Shown in pieces: positions 32,299 through 43,135 of a stretch of 64,000 bases of DNA. The translations under genes and the position numbers were made by a program. The stretch lies in contig JANOQI010000031.1 of assembly GCA_031414775.1 (NCBI GenBank), positions 1 to 64,000 of the forward strand, written 5' to 3'. The notes beneath the pieces are model-generated. The model was not told where the DNA came from and did no database searches. It was given only the letters and a program-made list of their open reading frames with translations. The stretch is from Synechococcales cyanobacterium VAR_4_metabat_354 (lineage in GTDB: Bacteria > Cyanobacteriota > Cyanobacteriia > Cyanobacteriales > Chamaesiphonaceae). The first letter of the stretch is position 1. The number at the start of each line of letters is the position of its first letter.

Positions 32299-32688
32299 TT
32301 ATACTGTGTCGATGACGATTGCATCAGCTTCAATCTCGATCAGCATTTTAGGGTCAATTAAGCGGCTAACTTCTACCATTGTAGTAGCTGGTCGAATCTC
32401 CCCAAAGAATTCACCATGCGCTTTACCTGCTTCTTCCCAGTCGGCGATGTTAGCCATATACATGCGGGTACGCACCACATCTTGGAGGCTAGCACCAGCT
32501 TTGCCTAAGGCTATTTCAATATTTTTTAGGGCTTGGACGGTTTGGTCGTAAACGTTATCGGCCAATACGCCTTGTTCATTGCTGCCTGTCGTACCGGAGA
32601 CGGCGATGTGATTGCCGATCTTAACCGCTCGAGAGTAGCCAATAATTGGTTCCCATTGGGAGCCAGTGGCAAAATTTTCTCTTTTCAT
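32299..32688 (-). CDS. RidA/YjgF family protein
   Basis: [29 protein letters not shown]. Confidence 0.9.
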   Translation of the reverse strand: MKRENFATGSQWEPIIGYSRAVKIGNHIAVSGTTGSNEQGVLADNVYDQTVQALKNIEIALGKAGASLQDVVRTRMYMANIADWEEAGKAHGEFFGEIRPATTMVEVSRLIDPKMLIEIEADAIVIDTV

Positions 32689-33081
32689 AGTAATTCCTAA
32701 AAGTTAGTGAGGATGCTGGGTGTTTTTGTGCCAGAATTCTCGCCATTTTACTTTATTCTTTGCCTGACTGGATGATTTGATGGGATGCTGAATCAGGTGT
32801 AATGGATTAATAATGGCCACCTGGAACGACCATAATTCAGTTTTAGCGAGTTTTTGTAAACAAAAAATAATTGCTCGGAAACTTTTCGATCGCTTTTTCC
32901 ATCAATGGAGCTATAAGTGCTACAGACACTATAAAAATTCGCATCTAACTTGTAAATATTCTCTTACTTAAAACTCCTGTGATCGAGTCTTAGTAAGGAA
33001 GATTCTCATGGGCGATTTTAAATTGATTATGTCTGGGCAATTTCCAAACTCCCATTAATTACTATTGCGGACAATCCAATC

Positions 33082-33651
33082 ATGAAATTACTTAAAACAT
33101 TGTTAACGGGTGCTGTCTTACTGTCTGTTACCAGCGGTCAAGCGTTGGCCGCCAGTCAAGTGACAATTCAAGGTGCTGGCTATGGTGGCAATGGCTGCCC
33201 CGCCGGTTCGGCTAGTGTGAATGTCAGCCCAGATGGCCAAGAACTATCTATTCTGTTTGATAAATTTGTTGCGGATAAAGCCACCCGGCGCGTTAGCTGC
33301 AACTTAACTATCCCGATTAAAGTTCCCCAAGGCTTTCAAATCTCTTTGTATGACGCGGATTACCGAGGTTATGTTGCTCCCCGAACTAGTGCTAGACTGC
33401 GTTCTGAATACTTCTTTGCTGGTCAACGCGGCCCCGTTTTCCAGCGCACTTTCCGAGGAGAGACTGACTACAATGTACGCGATCGATTGCAAACAGTAGC
33501 TAATGTTTGGTCAGCCTGTGGTGATAGTGTGAACATGCGGGTGAATTCTTCGATGACTGCCAGTGGTCAAGGTAATGCCAGCGTTGACTCTTTCGATCTC
33601 TCGCACAAAGGCATGATCTATCACATTAAGTACCGGAACTGCCGTCGCTAG
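33082..33651 (+). CDS. Secreted DUF4360 family protein, copy 1
   Basis: Signal peptide, YGGNGCP.GS, SCN, DYRG, WSACG. Confidence 0.8.
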   Translation: MKLLKTLLTGAVLLSVTSGQALAASQVTIQGAGYGGNGCPAGSASVNVSPDGQELSILFDKFVADKATRRVSCNLTIPIKVPQGFQISLYDADYRGYVAPRTSARLRSEYFFAGQRGPVFQRTFRGETDYNVRDRLQTVANVWSACGDSVNMRVNSSMTASGQGNASVDSFDLSHKGMIYHIKYRNCRR

Positions 33652-33855
33652 TTCTGGTAGTTGGTCAACTAGGATAGCCGCGCAAGTGTCTCATTGATGT
33701 TCTAGTCATGAGATGAGACACTTCGCCCAAAAAATAATACGACAGGGTAATGCTTATGGAAAAGATCGATCGAATGACCAATATGTCGATCGCTAATCTT
33801 CTTTCGGCAATTACCAACACTCACAAATCAATTACGAATCATAGGAAATAAACAC

Positions 33856-34422
33856 ATGAAATTACTGAAAACATTGCTGACCAGTGCGACATTACTACTT
33901 GTCTCCAGTGGCCAAGCATTTGCCGGTAGTGCCGTGACAATTCAGGGTGCTGGCTATGGTGGGAACGGTTGCCCCAGTGGTTCAGCGAGTGTCAATGTCA
34001 GTCCCGATGGCCAAGAATTATCTATTTTATTTGATAAATTCAAAGCTGATAAAAGTCAAAAACGGGTGAGCTGTAATTTGACAATTCCGATTCGAGTACC
34101 CCAAGGTTTCCAGATTTCCTTGTATGATGCCGATTATCGCGGCTATGTTGCTCCCAACACTACAGCGCAACTACGTTCTGAATACTTTTTTGCTGGTCAG
34201 CGTGGCCCAGTTTTTCAGCGCACTTTTCGGGGAGAAACTGACTACAATGTGCGCGATAGCTTAGAAACCGTTGCAAATGTTTGGTCGGCCTGTGGCGATA
34301 GTGTGAATATGCGGGTGAATTCATCTATGACTGCCAGGGGTTCTGGTAGTGCAAGTGTTGATTCCTTCGATCTGGCTCATCGTGGCATGGTTTACCATGT
34401 TAAGTACCGTGATTGCCGTTAA
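33856..34422 (+). CDS. Secreted DUF4360 family protein, copy 2
   Basis: Close paralog of 33082-33651, with the same four Cys. Confidence 0.8.
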   Translation: MKLLKTLLTSATLLLVSSGQAFAGSAVTIQGAGYGGNGCPSGSASVNVSPDGQELSILFDKFKADKSQKRVSCNLTIPIRVPQGFQISLYDADYRGYVAPNTTAQLRSEYFFAGQRGPVFQRTFRGETDYNVRDSLETVANVWSACGDSVNMRVNSSMTARGSGSASVDSFDLAHRGMVYHVKYRDCR

Positions 34423-34456
34423 CTACAAATGAACTTATTGATAATATAGTTAATTG

Positions 34457-34498
34457 AAGCCAAGTCGAGATAGTGAATTCACTATCTCGACTTGGCTT
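34457..34498. repeat. 42-bp perfect palindrome, probable 3' hairpin/terminator
   Basis: AAGCCAAGTCGAGATAGTGAA|TTCACTATCTCGACTTGGCTT. Confidence 0.9.
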
Positions 34499-34657
34499 AT
34501 GGAGGTCTTGCGATCAAAGTTCAGGATGTGCACCGCCTGTGTCGGTAAATGGCAAAAAATACGGTAAATAAACGTTACAGTCTCATGAGTATCTGTATCA
34601 ACAGTTGGCCAAAGATGTTAAATCTGGCATAACCACATCATATTTTTTAATAAAACC

Positions 34658-35767
34658 ATGAACGTCAAAGCCGCGATCGCCTGGGCAGCAGGCCAGCCCC
34701 TCAGTATTGAAACCGTTCAACTAGAGGGTCCTCAAGCCGGAGAAGTACTAGTCGAAATCAAAGCTACCGGGGTTTGCCATACCGATGCTTACACCCTTTC
34801 TGGCGACGACCCCGAAGGACTTTTCCCCGCGATCTTGGGTCATGAAGGTGCCGGAGTCGTCGTGGAAGTAGGCGCTGATGTTAAATCGCTAAAACCAGGC
34901 GATCATGTTATTCCGCTGTACGTGCCTGAATGCCGCAACTGTAGTTATTGCCTGAGTGGTAAAACGAATCTCTGTCAGTCAATTCGGATCACCCAAGGCC
35001 AGGGTTTAATGCCCAACGGCACTAGTCGCTTCTCGATCGGTGGCAAAATGCTGCATCACTACATGGGCACTTCCACCTTTGCCAACTACACGGTAGTACC
35101 GGAAATATCCTTAGCCAAGATTCGATCAGATGCCCCATTTGATAAAGTTTGCTATATTGGCTGCGGTGTCACCACTGGTATTGGCGCAGTTATTAATACC
35201 GCCAAAGTTGAGCCAGGAGCGAATGTGGTAGTTTTTGGGTTGGGCGGCATCGGGTTGAATGTCATTCAAGGAGCCAGAATGGTGGGAGCTAACAAAATCA
35301 TTGGCGTCGATATCAATCCCATGAAACAGCTCCTAGCCAAGAAGCTAGGCATGACTCACTTTGTGAACCCCCGCGAAATCGAGGGCGATTTGGTGGCTCA
35401 TTTAGTAGAACTCACTGATGGTGGAGCTGATTATAGCTTTGAGTGCATTGGCAATGTCAATCTGATGCGTCAGGCGTTGGAATGCTGCCACAAAGGCTGG
35501 GGAGTGAGTGTGATCGTTGGAGTGGCCGGAGCTGGTCAAGAAATTAAGACTCGACCATTTCAGCTAGTGACGGGTCGGGTCTGGAAGGGCACCGCTTTTG
35601 GGGGAGCCAAGGGGCGGACAGAGGTACCCAAGATTGTTGATTGGTATATGGATGGCAAGATCAACATTGATGATTTGATTACAGAAGTGATGCCGATCGA
35701 ACGAATCAATGATGCCCTAGACATTATGCACAGAGGCGAAGGCATCCGTACCGTGTTGACTTTTTAG
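34658..35767 (+). CDS. frmA: S-(hydroxymethyl)glutathione dehydrogenase / class III ADH
   Basis: [31 protein letters not shown]. Confidence 0.95.
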   Translation: MNVKAAIAWAAGQPLSIETVQLEGPQAGEVLVEIKATGVCHTDAYTLSGDDPEGLFPAILGHEGAGVVVEVGADVKSLKPGDHVIPLYVPECRNCSYCLSGKTNLCQSIRITQGQGLMPNGTSRFSIGGKMLHHYMGTSTFANYTVVPEISLAKIRSDAPFDKVCYIGCGVTTGIGAVINTAKVEPGANVVVFGLGGIGLNVIQGARMVGANKIIGVDINPMKQLLAKKLGMTHFVNPREIEGDLVAHLVELTDGGADYSFECIGNVNLMRQALECCHKGWGVSVIVGVAGAGQEIKTRPFQLVTGRVWKGTAFGGAKGRTEVPKIVDWYMDGKINIDDLITEVMPIERINDALDIMHRGEGIRTVLTF

Positions 35768-35777
35768 GCGACTCATA

Positions 35778-36647
35778 ATGACTACAATTACTTTGAAATC
35801 TCAAGCAGTTTGTTTTGGCGGCACAGTTGGCTTTTACGAACATCATTCATTAGTTTGTAAAAGCATGATGCAGTTGGCGGTTTATCTGCCGCCCCAAGCG
35901 AAATCAGCCTCGGTACCAGTGCTGTACTTTCTGTCGGGGCTAACCTGTACCCCCGAAAACTTTATCACCAAAGCGGGGGCACAGCAGTTTGCGGCTCAAC
36001 ATGGCATTATGCTGGTAGTACCAGATACTAGTCCTCGGCAAACTAGTACTCCCGATGAAGACCTGGATTGGGATTTGGGAACGGGGGCGGGGTTCTATGT
36101 AGATGCCACCGAGCAACCTTGGGCGAATAACTATCAAATGTATAGTTATATTACGGAAGAGCTACCGGCTCTGATTGCGGCTAATTTCCCGGCCAACATG
36201 CAGCGCCAGGGAATTTTTGGCCATTCCATGGGTGGTCATGGGGCGTTGGTCTGCGCTTTGCGGAATCCAGATCGGTATCGATCGATCTCGGCCTTTGCGC
36301 CGATTGTGGCACCGATGAGCTGTGCTTGGGGTCAGAAGGCTTTACGAAACTATTTGGGTGAAGATACCGTGCCACCGACGCTCAACAGACAATCGGTTTG
36401 GGCAGCCTATGATGCCAGTGAGTTAGTCAAAAATCAGCAGTTGCCTTTTCCAATTTTGATCGATCAAGGATCTGCTGATAGCTTTTTGGTAGATCAGTTA
36501 AAACCGGAGATCTTTGTAGCGGCTTGCCAGCAGTCTAATCAAGTTTTGAATTTTCGGCTGCAACCAGGTTATGATCATAGCTACTATTTTATTGCGACTT
36601 TTATGGCCGATCATTTGCAATACCATGCTCACCGGCTAAATGGGTGA
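35778..36647 (+). CDS. fghA: S-formylglutathione hydrolase
   Basis: LSGLTC, GAGFY, GHSMGGHG, GYDHSYYF. Confidence 0.94.
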   Translation: MTTITLKSQAVCFGGTVGFYEHHSLVCKSMMQLAVYLPPQAKSASVPVLYFLSGLTCTPENFITKAGAQQFAAQHGIMLVVPDTSPRQTSTPDEDLDWDLGTGAGFYVDATEQPWANNYQMYSYITEELPALIAANFPANMQRQGIFGHSMGGHGALVCALRNPDRYRSISAFAPIVAPMSCAWGQKALRNYLGEDTVPPTLNRQSVWAAYDASELVKNQQLPFPILIDQGSADSFLVDQLKPEIFVAACQQSNQVLNFRLQPGYDHSYYFIATFMADHLQYHAHRLNG

Positions 36648-36691
36648 AATAGAGGGCAGTGGCTATATCAGTGCACCGTAAACTTGCTCAC

Positions 36692-38623
36692 TTATTTTCG
36701 GAGTAGACGCAGGCCACTGAGGGTTACTAACACCGTAGAACCCTCATGCCCAAATACGCCTAGCGGTAAGTTCACTGTTCCGATAAAATTGCCAATCAGT
36801 AACATCACAATAAAAGACAGTGCAAAAACAATATTTTGCTGGATAACTCTTTGAGATCTACGTCCCAGCTTAATCGCGGTTTCGATTTTGCCCAGAGCAT
36901 CAGTCATCAACACCATGTCAGCAGTCTCTAAGGCCACATCACTACCCACCGCTCCCATGGCAATTCCGACTGTAGCTACGGCCAACGCCGGGGCATCATT
37001 AATACCGTCACCGACCATCGCGACCCGTTGATACTTGTCTTGAAGCTGCCGAATAATGTCCACCTTCTCCTCTGGCAATAAATCAGCGTGGAATTCGGTA
37101 ATGCCAAGTTGGGTGGCGATCGACTGGGCACAAGCCTCATTATCACCAGTAATCATCACGGTCTGGATACCCAATTTTTGGAGGCGGGGGATCAGATTAA
37201 CAGCCTCTAGCCGTAATTGATCTTGAAGAGTAATAGCTCCTTGCACTTGGCCATTGACCATTACCCAAGTGGTGATTTTGTCGGCAGTGTGGATCGCCCA
37301 TTGGCTGGGCGGCGGTACCTTGCCTACCGCGATCGACTGACCAGCAATTTCGCCGGTAATCCCCACGCCAGGCTGAGCCTGAACATTAGTGGCCATCGGT
37401 AAAACAATATTGTGTTGTTTAGCTAATTTACCAATAGTTTGTCCGATCGGATGTTCGGAGCTACTTTCGATCGCCGCTGCCCAAGTTAAAACCTGTAAAG
37501 CTGGAGCAGATAATATCATCGGGTCGCTAGCAATCATTTCACCCTGTTCGTTTTGGCACCAAATTTCGCTGACCTGAAGTTGCCCAGTGGTCAAGGTGCC
37601 AGTTTTATCAAAGGCGATCACCCGGATCTGTCCGATCGCCTCAAGAGTAGTAGCATTTTTAAACAAAATACCCTGCTGAGCACCATTGGCAATTCCCGAC
37701 AGCAAACCCGGCATAATGGCAGCCATCAAAGCACAAGGCGAAGCCACCACCAAAAAAATCAAGGCGCGATAAATAGTAGTTTCCCAGTCCCACCAACCCA
37801 GCAGCGCTGGCACAGTGCCAATCAGCAAACCACTGCCCACAATTACGCGGGCATAAATACGCTCAAACTTTTCAATGAAATTTTGGGTGGGCGTATTCTC
37901 GGTTTGCGCCTGTTGCACCAAACTGATAATGCGCTGAATTAAGCTGCTGGCCGGGGGCTGGTGGACGGTTAACTGCAAAACCCCATTGCCATTGATCGTG
38001 CCGCCAAAAACTTCATCGCCAATGGTTTTATCTACAGGTAAAGATTCGCCAGTAATAGCTGCTTGATTGATGCTGCTCTGACCATCGCTAATCATGGCAT
38101 CGGTGGGAATCAGTTCACCGGGTCTGACGAGGATGCGATCGCCAACTTGCAACTCTTTAATGGATACTGACCGTCCATCCAATAACCAAGCGACATCGGG
38201 AGTGAGACTCATCAGGCTTTGAATGCTTTGGGCGGTGCGCTGCATGGCATAGCCTTCTAAAGCACCACTGATCGCAAAAATCAAAATTAAGACGGCTCCA
38301 TCCACAATTAGGCTGTAGTCTCGTTGCCACAGACCCAAACCAGCTGCCCCCAACGCCGCTACAATCATCAGCAAATCAACATCTAGCTCCCGTTCTTGCC
38401 AAAGAGTAGTCAACCCTTCGATCGCACTGCCATAGCCGCCAATCAGATAGGCCAACGCCAACAGTCCTAAACTGATCACTGGGTTTGTAGACAACAACAG
38501 CCAGCCCCCCAGCAGCAATAGTCCACAGGCACCAGCCAATAGGGCATCAGGATGCTCTTTAATGGCCGGGAAAGATTTATAAATCATTGGGAGGTGGAGG
38601 ATGGTAGAACGATTGCGGCTCAA
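36692..38623 (-). CDS. Heavy-metal P-type ATPase, P1B-4-like (true start may be slightly downstream)
   Basis: TGES, SPC, DKTGT, HP, GDGINDAP, HEGST. No N-terminal metal-binding domain. Confidence 0.9.
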   Translation of the reverse strand: MSRNRSTILHLPMIYKSFPAIKEHPDALLAGACGLLLLGGWLLLSTNPVISLGLLALAYLIGGYGSAIEGLTTLWQERELDVDLLMIVAALGAAGLGLWQRDYSLIVDGAVLILIFAISGALEGYAMQRTAQSIQSLMSLTPDVAWLLDGRSVSIKELQVGDRILVRPGELIPTDAMISDGQSSINQAAITGESLPVDKTIGDEVFGGTINGNGVLQLTVHQPPASSLIQRIISLVQQAQTENTPTQNFIEKFERIYARVIVGSGLLIGTVPALLGWWDWETTIYRALIFLVVASPCALMAAIMPGLLSGIANGAQQGILFKNATTLEAIGQIRVIAFDKTGTLTTGQLQVSEIWCQNEQGEMIASDPMILSAPALQVLTWAAAIESSSEHPIGQTIGKLAKQHNIVLPMATNVQAQPGVGITGEIAGQSIAVGKVPPPSQWAIHTADKITTWVMVNGQVQGAITLQDQLRLEAVNLIPRLQKLGIQTVMITGDNEACAQSIATQLGITEFHADLLPEEKVDIIRQLQDKYQRVAMVGDGINDAPALAVATVGIAMGAVGSDVALETADMVLMTDALGKIETAIKLGRRSQRVIQQNIVFALSFIVMLLIGNFIGTVNLPLGVFGHEGSTVLVTLSGLRLLRK

Positions 38624-38690
38624 CCATCTTAATATTTTTTGCCGGAAACCTGATCGATATCGATTGGCTGTTCGGGGATAGCGTTAGAAT

Positions 38691-39146
38691 ATGGTGATGG
38701 AATCGATCGATCAGATCCTCGACATCATCACTCAAGAACCAGCCTGGGACAGTTACCGGGCTTGGCAAGAGATTCTAGTGGCTTGGCCACAAGTGATGAG
38801 CGCTCTGAAGATTCCCCACCAGTCCGATCGCGACCTCTACCCCCGGTCGCGGGTGGATGATACTCTCTACGTCGCTACCATCAGCGCCAGCTTAGCCGAT
38901 CACTGTACTTGGCAACGGCGGCAGATCCTCAAAGAACTTAACAACCACATCACCACACCCCTCACCGAGATCCGATTTGCTAGTAGTCGCTGGCAACCCG
39001 CGTCCCCACCCACGCCAACTTTAGATAGTTTGGGCGACAGGTCGCAAGAGCGCTGTTGTTGTCCGCAGTGTGGTGCTTGTACACCACGTTGGGAACTCGA
39101 TCGCTGGCTAGAATGTCGGTTTTGTGTGTCTAAACGCTGGCGATAG
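38691..39146 (+). CDS. DUF721/DciA-like protein with C-terminal Cys cluster
   Basis: W..V, TLYVAT.S...A...W.R..IL..LN, IRF, CPQC...CRFC. Confidence 0.72.
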   Translation: MVMESIDQILDIITQEPAWDSYRAWQEILVAWPQVMSALKIPHQSDRDLYPRSRVDDTLYVATISASLADHCTWQRRQILKELNNHITTPLTEIRFASSRWQPASPPTPTLDSLGDRSQERCCCPQCGACTPRWELDRWLECRFCVSKRWR

Positions 39147-41361
39147 TATCCATCATCAACACTGGCACTGGCTCGCTGGAATGTTCAGTCATGATGGTGA
39201 CGGCCGCAGCTGGAGCTAGGGGCGATCGTAATTTAGTGAGATTGACAGCGCAGGCTTTTAGCTCCGGTTGTTTGGAGTCTGGGCAGGTATGGCCATGGGT
39301 GATCACATTGGCCTCCGCTTGGTCTGCCCATAGTTCACCCCAGTGCATCGGCACAAATACTGTGCCAGGGGAAATAAATTCAGTTACCAGCGCTGGAAAC
39401 TGGGCTTGTCCGCGCACCGACTGCACTTTTACCAGATCCCCTGACTCAATACTTAATTTGCGGGCATCCTTGGGATGAATTTCGATAAATGGCTGGGGGT
39501 GCATTTGCTGAATCTTGGGAATCCGGCCAGTGCGGGTAAGAGTGTGCCAATGGCCATAAAGACGACCCGTCGTCAAGATCCACGGATAATCAGGATTGGC
39601 TGGTTCAGCCAATCCTCGGGTATGGTGGGCGACAAACTGGGCTTTTTTGTTGGGTGTATGGAAACGGTAATCGGTATAGAGCCGTTTGCCTAAACGCTTG
39701 GTGGTAAATTCGGCAAAAGGCCACTGAGTGGGACCTTTCTCGGCTAGTTCTCGATGGCTTAAGCCGGTCACATCACAGGGACGACTGCGGGTGAATTGGG
39801 TGAATTCCCGGTAGACCTCAGCGCTGTTCCCAAATGTGAATTGCTTAGTGAAACCTAGCCGTCGTCCAACCTCTGCAAAGACTTCCCAGTCAGCTTTCGC
39901 TTCGCCCGGAGCCACCCGAAAAGCTGGACAGAGCGTGACTACCCGCTCGGAGTTGGTCATTACTCCAGTTTTTTCGCCCCACTGGGCTGCTGGTAACAAC
40001 AAATGAGCATATTTAGAGGTTTCGGTAGGGTAGTAGGCATCTTGATAAATTGTGAAGGGTGATTTGGCGAGGGCGGCTTTAGTGCGGACTAAGTCTGGCA
40101 AGCTGACTGCTGGGTTAGTGGCGACAATCCACATCACTCCTACAGCGTCCTGCTCCAGACCAGTAATCATTTCGCCCACTGTCCGGCCAGGGGTAGTAGA
40201 AAGTTTGCCTGGCGGTAAATTCCAGAGCTTTTCGACCTTTGCCCGATGTTCAGGATTGCTTACCAACCGATATCCCGGCAAAATGTGAGCCAGACCGCCT
40301 GCTTCCCGACCGCCCATCGCATTGGGTTGACCAGTCAGCGAAAATGGTCCCGCACCAGGCTTGCCAATTTGCTTGGTCATCAGGTGCAGGTTAATGATGC
40401 TCCGGACTTTGGCCGTGCCTTCTGTGGATTGATTGATCCCCATCGACCATAGCGATAAGACGCGCTTGGATTCCGCCCACCAGTGAGCGGCTGTTTCTAA
40501 ATCGGCCTGGGCAATGCCACAGCGTTCGGCCACTAGGGCTGGGGTGTAATGGTTGGCAACTTCGGCACAAGCTTCAAAATTGTCGGTGTGTTGCTTGATA
40601 AAGTCTCGATCGATCTTGCCCCAGTTAATTAGTAAGTGAGCCATGCCATTGAGCAGATCAATATCACTGCCTGGTTTGATCGCTAAATGTAAGTCGGCAG
40701 CCTCGGCGGTGGCAGTACGGCGCGGATCAACTACCACCATTTTGACGTGATGATTTTTTTTATGATATTTCTTCAGCCGATTAAACAACACCGGATGACA
40801 GTCGGCGGCATTGGAACCAATAATAAAAGCGTAGTCGGTTTGGTCGATATCGTCATAACAACAGGGCGGACCATCAGCGCCAAAGCTTTGAATATAGCCA
40901 GAAACTGCCGAAGACATACAAAGTCGAGAGTTGGCATCAAAGTTATTGGTACTCAAGCAGCCTTTCATTAACTTTTGGGCGACGTAGTAATCTTCGGTCT
41001 GGAGCTGCCCAGAGCCATACATACAAATGCCATCGCCGCCTTTTTCCATCATTGTTTGGCGGATATTACTGGTAATCCGATCGAATGCTACCTCCCAGCT
41101 CACTCTTTCAAAGGGCTGATCTAAGCTGTCGCGCAGCATCGGATAGAGCAACCTGCCCTCATCCAAAGATTCGGCGATGGTGGCTCCTTTGACACAAATC
41201 ATCCCCTGATTGGAGGGATGTGATTTGTCTCCCACCACTCTCCAAATAGGGCGACCCTTAATATCACGAGTAATGGGCTTACCAGGACGAGCTGGCGGCG
41301 ATGCTTCCAAGCCGCAGCCCACGCCACAATAGGGGCAAAGAGTTTTAGTCAGGTCGGCCAT
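39130..41361 (-). CDS. narB: Ferredoxin-dependent nitrate reductase
   Basis: CPYCGVGC...[31 protein letters not shown]. Confidence 0.95.
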   Translation of the reverse strand: MADLTKTLCPYCGVGCGLEASPPARPGKPITRDIKGRPIWRVVGDKSHPSNQGMICVKGATIAESLDEGRLLYPMLRDSLDQPFERVSWEVAFDRITSNIRQTMMEKGGDGICMYGSGQLQTEDYYVAQKLMKGCLSTNNFDANSRLCMSSAVSGYIQSFGADGPPCCYDDIDQTDYAFIIGSNAADCHPVLFNRLKKYHKKNHHVKMVVVDPRRTATAEAADLHLAIKPGSDIDLLNGMAHLLINWGKIDRDFIKQHTDNFEACAEVANHYTPALVAERCGIAQADLETAAHWWAESKRVLSLWSMGINQSTEGTAKVRSIINLHLMTKQIGKPGAGPFSLTGQPNAMGGREAGGLAHILPGYRLVSNPEHRAKVEKLWNLPPGKLSTTPGRTVGEMITGLEQDAVGVMWIVATNPAVSLPDLVRTKAALAKSPFTIYQDAYYPTETSKYAHLLLPAAQWGEKTGVMTNSERVVTLCPAFRVAPGEAKADWEVFAEVGRRLGFTKQFTFGNSAEVYREFTQFTRSRPCDVTGLSHRELAEKGPTQWPFAEFTTKRLGKRLYTDYRFHTPNKKAQFVAHHTRGLAEPANPDYPWILTTGRLYGHWHTLTRTGRIPKIQQMHPQPFIEIHPKDARKLSIESGDLVKVQSVRGQAQFPALVTEFISPGTVFVPMHWGELWADQAEANVITHGHTCPDSKQPELKACAVNLTKLRSPLAPAAAVTIMTEHSSEPVPVLMMDTIASV

Positions 41362-41415
41362 AGGTCAAGCGATTATACTAGCCTCTACAGTTGCTTATTT
41401 TTTAGGGGCGCTTCT

Positions 41416-41429
41416 GTATCAGCCAATAC
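41416..41429. promoter_or_regulatory. Candidate NtcA box upstream of narB
   Basis: GTA-TCAGCCAA-TAC. No -10 box at the canonical 22-nt spacing. Confidence 0.55.
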
Positions 41430-41450
41430 GGAAAACATAATGTATTACAA

Positions 41451-41480
41451 CAATAAATCCCTCACAAGAGGGATTTATTG
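41451..41480. terminator. Hairpin between nrtP and narB
   Basis: CAATAAATCCCTC-acaa-GAGGGATTTATTG. Confidence 0.65.
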
Positions 41481-41505
41481 CTGAACACAGTAGTTGAGTT
41501 GTTGT

Positions 41506-42987
41506 CTAAACTCGTGATGGTTCGGCCTGATTCACCGCTGCGGCATCATTACCAAAGGAGTTCTGCGGTTCTTTCAAGAAAAAAGCACAGAGCGAGGCAC
41601 AGACCAATGCGGTAATTCCCATCGTGGCAAACAGCGTCGCATCGTTGGTCAGGCTATGAATGGTTAAGTAAACTACGCCACCAAAGTTACCGTAGGCACC
41701 AACGTTACCAGCAATTTGACCAGTAATTTCAGGCTTAATCAAAGGCACGATCGCATAGGTACCACCGCAGCCCGCTTGAGCAAAGTAAGCGGTAATCATC
41801 ATGACCACTACGGCAGCAGCCAACGGCCAGCCTTTGTCGATCTTGGCAGCTGCCAAGTAGCCTAAACCAATGCAGACAGAAACAATTGTCATTGTCCATT
41901 TGCGACTACCCATTCGATCGGACAGCAAACCACCACTAGGACGAGACACCAGGTTCAAGAAAGGATAGCTAGAAGCAATCATGGCTGCCAGAACGTGTTC
42001 GATGCCAAAGGTCTTTTCAAAGAACAGCGGTAACATCGATACTGCTGCTAATTCCGAACCAAAGTTGGTGATGTAGGTGAATTGCAACAGAGCCACTTGC
42101 CGAAATTCATAGCGTTCTTGTGGTGAATAGGTCTTTTTGCCAGTAAGAACTTCTTTGTTAACCTGCCAAGCTTGATAGCTTTGATAAATGTAAAGTCCCA
42201 ACAGTCCTGCCCATACCAAATACATCGAAGTCGTATTGAGGAAATGAATTTTGGGTTGAGCCAACCGCCAAGCTAGAAGTCCGAGGGCAAATATTAAACC
42301 AAAGTTCATGGCTAGCAAGCCGTAGAAGCTGCCCTGACTGGTAACAGACATTGCACCATATTTCTTAGGACGCTTATATTCTTGGCCTGGTGGGGTGTCG
42401 GTGACACTGTTGTAATAAACAACGCCGTAGATAGCAGAAATTACCCCAGTCATGGCAATCGCCAAGCGCCAGTTGTAGTTTCCGCCAGCTAATACTGCTG
42501 CGGCACCAGCAACCAAAGGAAGTGCAAACTCAGCGACGAAAGCGCCAAAGTTGCCCCAGCCGCCGTAGATGCCCTGTGCCATCCCGATATCTTTAGGTGG
42601 AAACCACTCGGCTACCATCCGAATCCCGATGACAAAGCCAGAACCAACGATACCCATCAATAGCCGACTGATGACCAATTGATTGAAGTCTTGAGCCATT
42701 GCTGTCATCAAGCAGGGAATGATAGCAAACATTAGCAAAAGCGAATAAGTTTTGCGTGGTCCAAATTTGTCGAGCAATGCCCCGATTATGATCCGAGCAG
42801 GAATCGTGATGGCTAGGTTGCAAATTGCAATAGTTTTGAGTTGGGCGGCATCTAAATTTAACTCTTTACCAATCACCGCTGCAAAAGGGGCAAAGTTAAA
42901 CCAACAGACAAAAGTAATTAAAAATGCTAACCACGATAGATGCAAAATGCGGTAGCGATCGCGGAACGAAAATAGGTTTGCCAACAT
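41506..42987 (-). CDS. nrtP: Nitrate/nitrite MFS permease (NrtP/NarK)
   Basis: WFNFAP, GSGFVIGIRM, YGGWGNFG, NFGSEL, GAYGNFG. Confidence 0.92.
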   Translation of the reverse strand: MLANLFSFRDRYRILHLSWLAFLITFVCWFNFAPFAAVIGKELNLDAAQLKTIAICNLAITIPARIIIGALLDKFGPRKTYSLLLMFAIIPCLMTAMAQDFNQLVISRLLMGIVGSGFVIGIRMVAEWFPPKDIGMAQGIYGGWGNFGAFVAEFALPLVAGAAAVLAGGNYNWRLAIAMTGVISAIYGVVYYNSVTDTPPGQEYKRPKKYGAMSVTSQGSFYGLLAMNFGLIFALGLLAWRLAQPKIHFLNTTSMYLVWAGLLGLYIYQSYQAWQVNKEVLTGKKTYSPQERYEFRQVALLQFTYITNFGSELAAVSMLPLFFEKTFGIEHVLAAMIASSYPFLNLVSRPSGGLLSDRMGSRKWTMTIVSVCIGLGYLAAAKIDKGWPLAAAVVVMMITAYFAQAGCGGTYAIVPLIKPEITGQIAGNVGAYGNFGGVVYLTIHSLTNDATLFATMGITALVCASLCAFFLKEPQNSFGNDAAAVNQAEPSRV

Positions 42988-43049
42988 AAAAATCAGGATA
43001 AAAGTCGGGGTCAGTTGGTGATTATTTAAAATGCCACTGAACTACCGTT

Positions 43050-43098
43050 ACCCTATTAGGATCGACCTATACAATTCGTATCATTAGCTACGAATTGT
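43050..43098 (-). promoter_or_regulatory. NtcA-activated promoter of nrtP-narB
   Basis: Minus strand GTA-GCTAATGA-TAC (43091-43078), 22 nt, then TAGGGT (TAN3T). The box arms extend to a 10-bp inverted repeat. Confidence 0.88.
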
Positions 43099-43135
43099 TA
43101 AAAACAACAAATTAAATGCAACTCAAATATGCGTT

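Noticed and set aside
32788..32840. Nested inverted repeats (CTGAAT/ATTCAG, CAGGTG/CACCTG), possible riboswitch or sRNA
   Set aside because: The stems are only 6 bp and match no riboswitch consensus I recognise.
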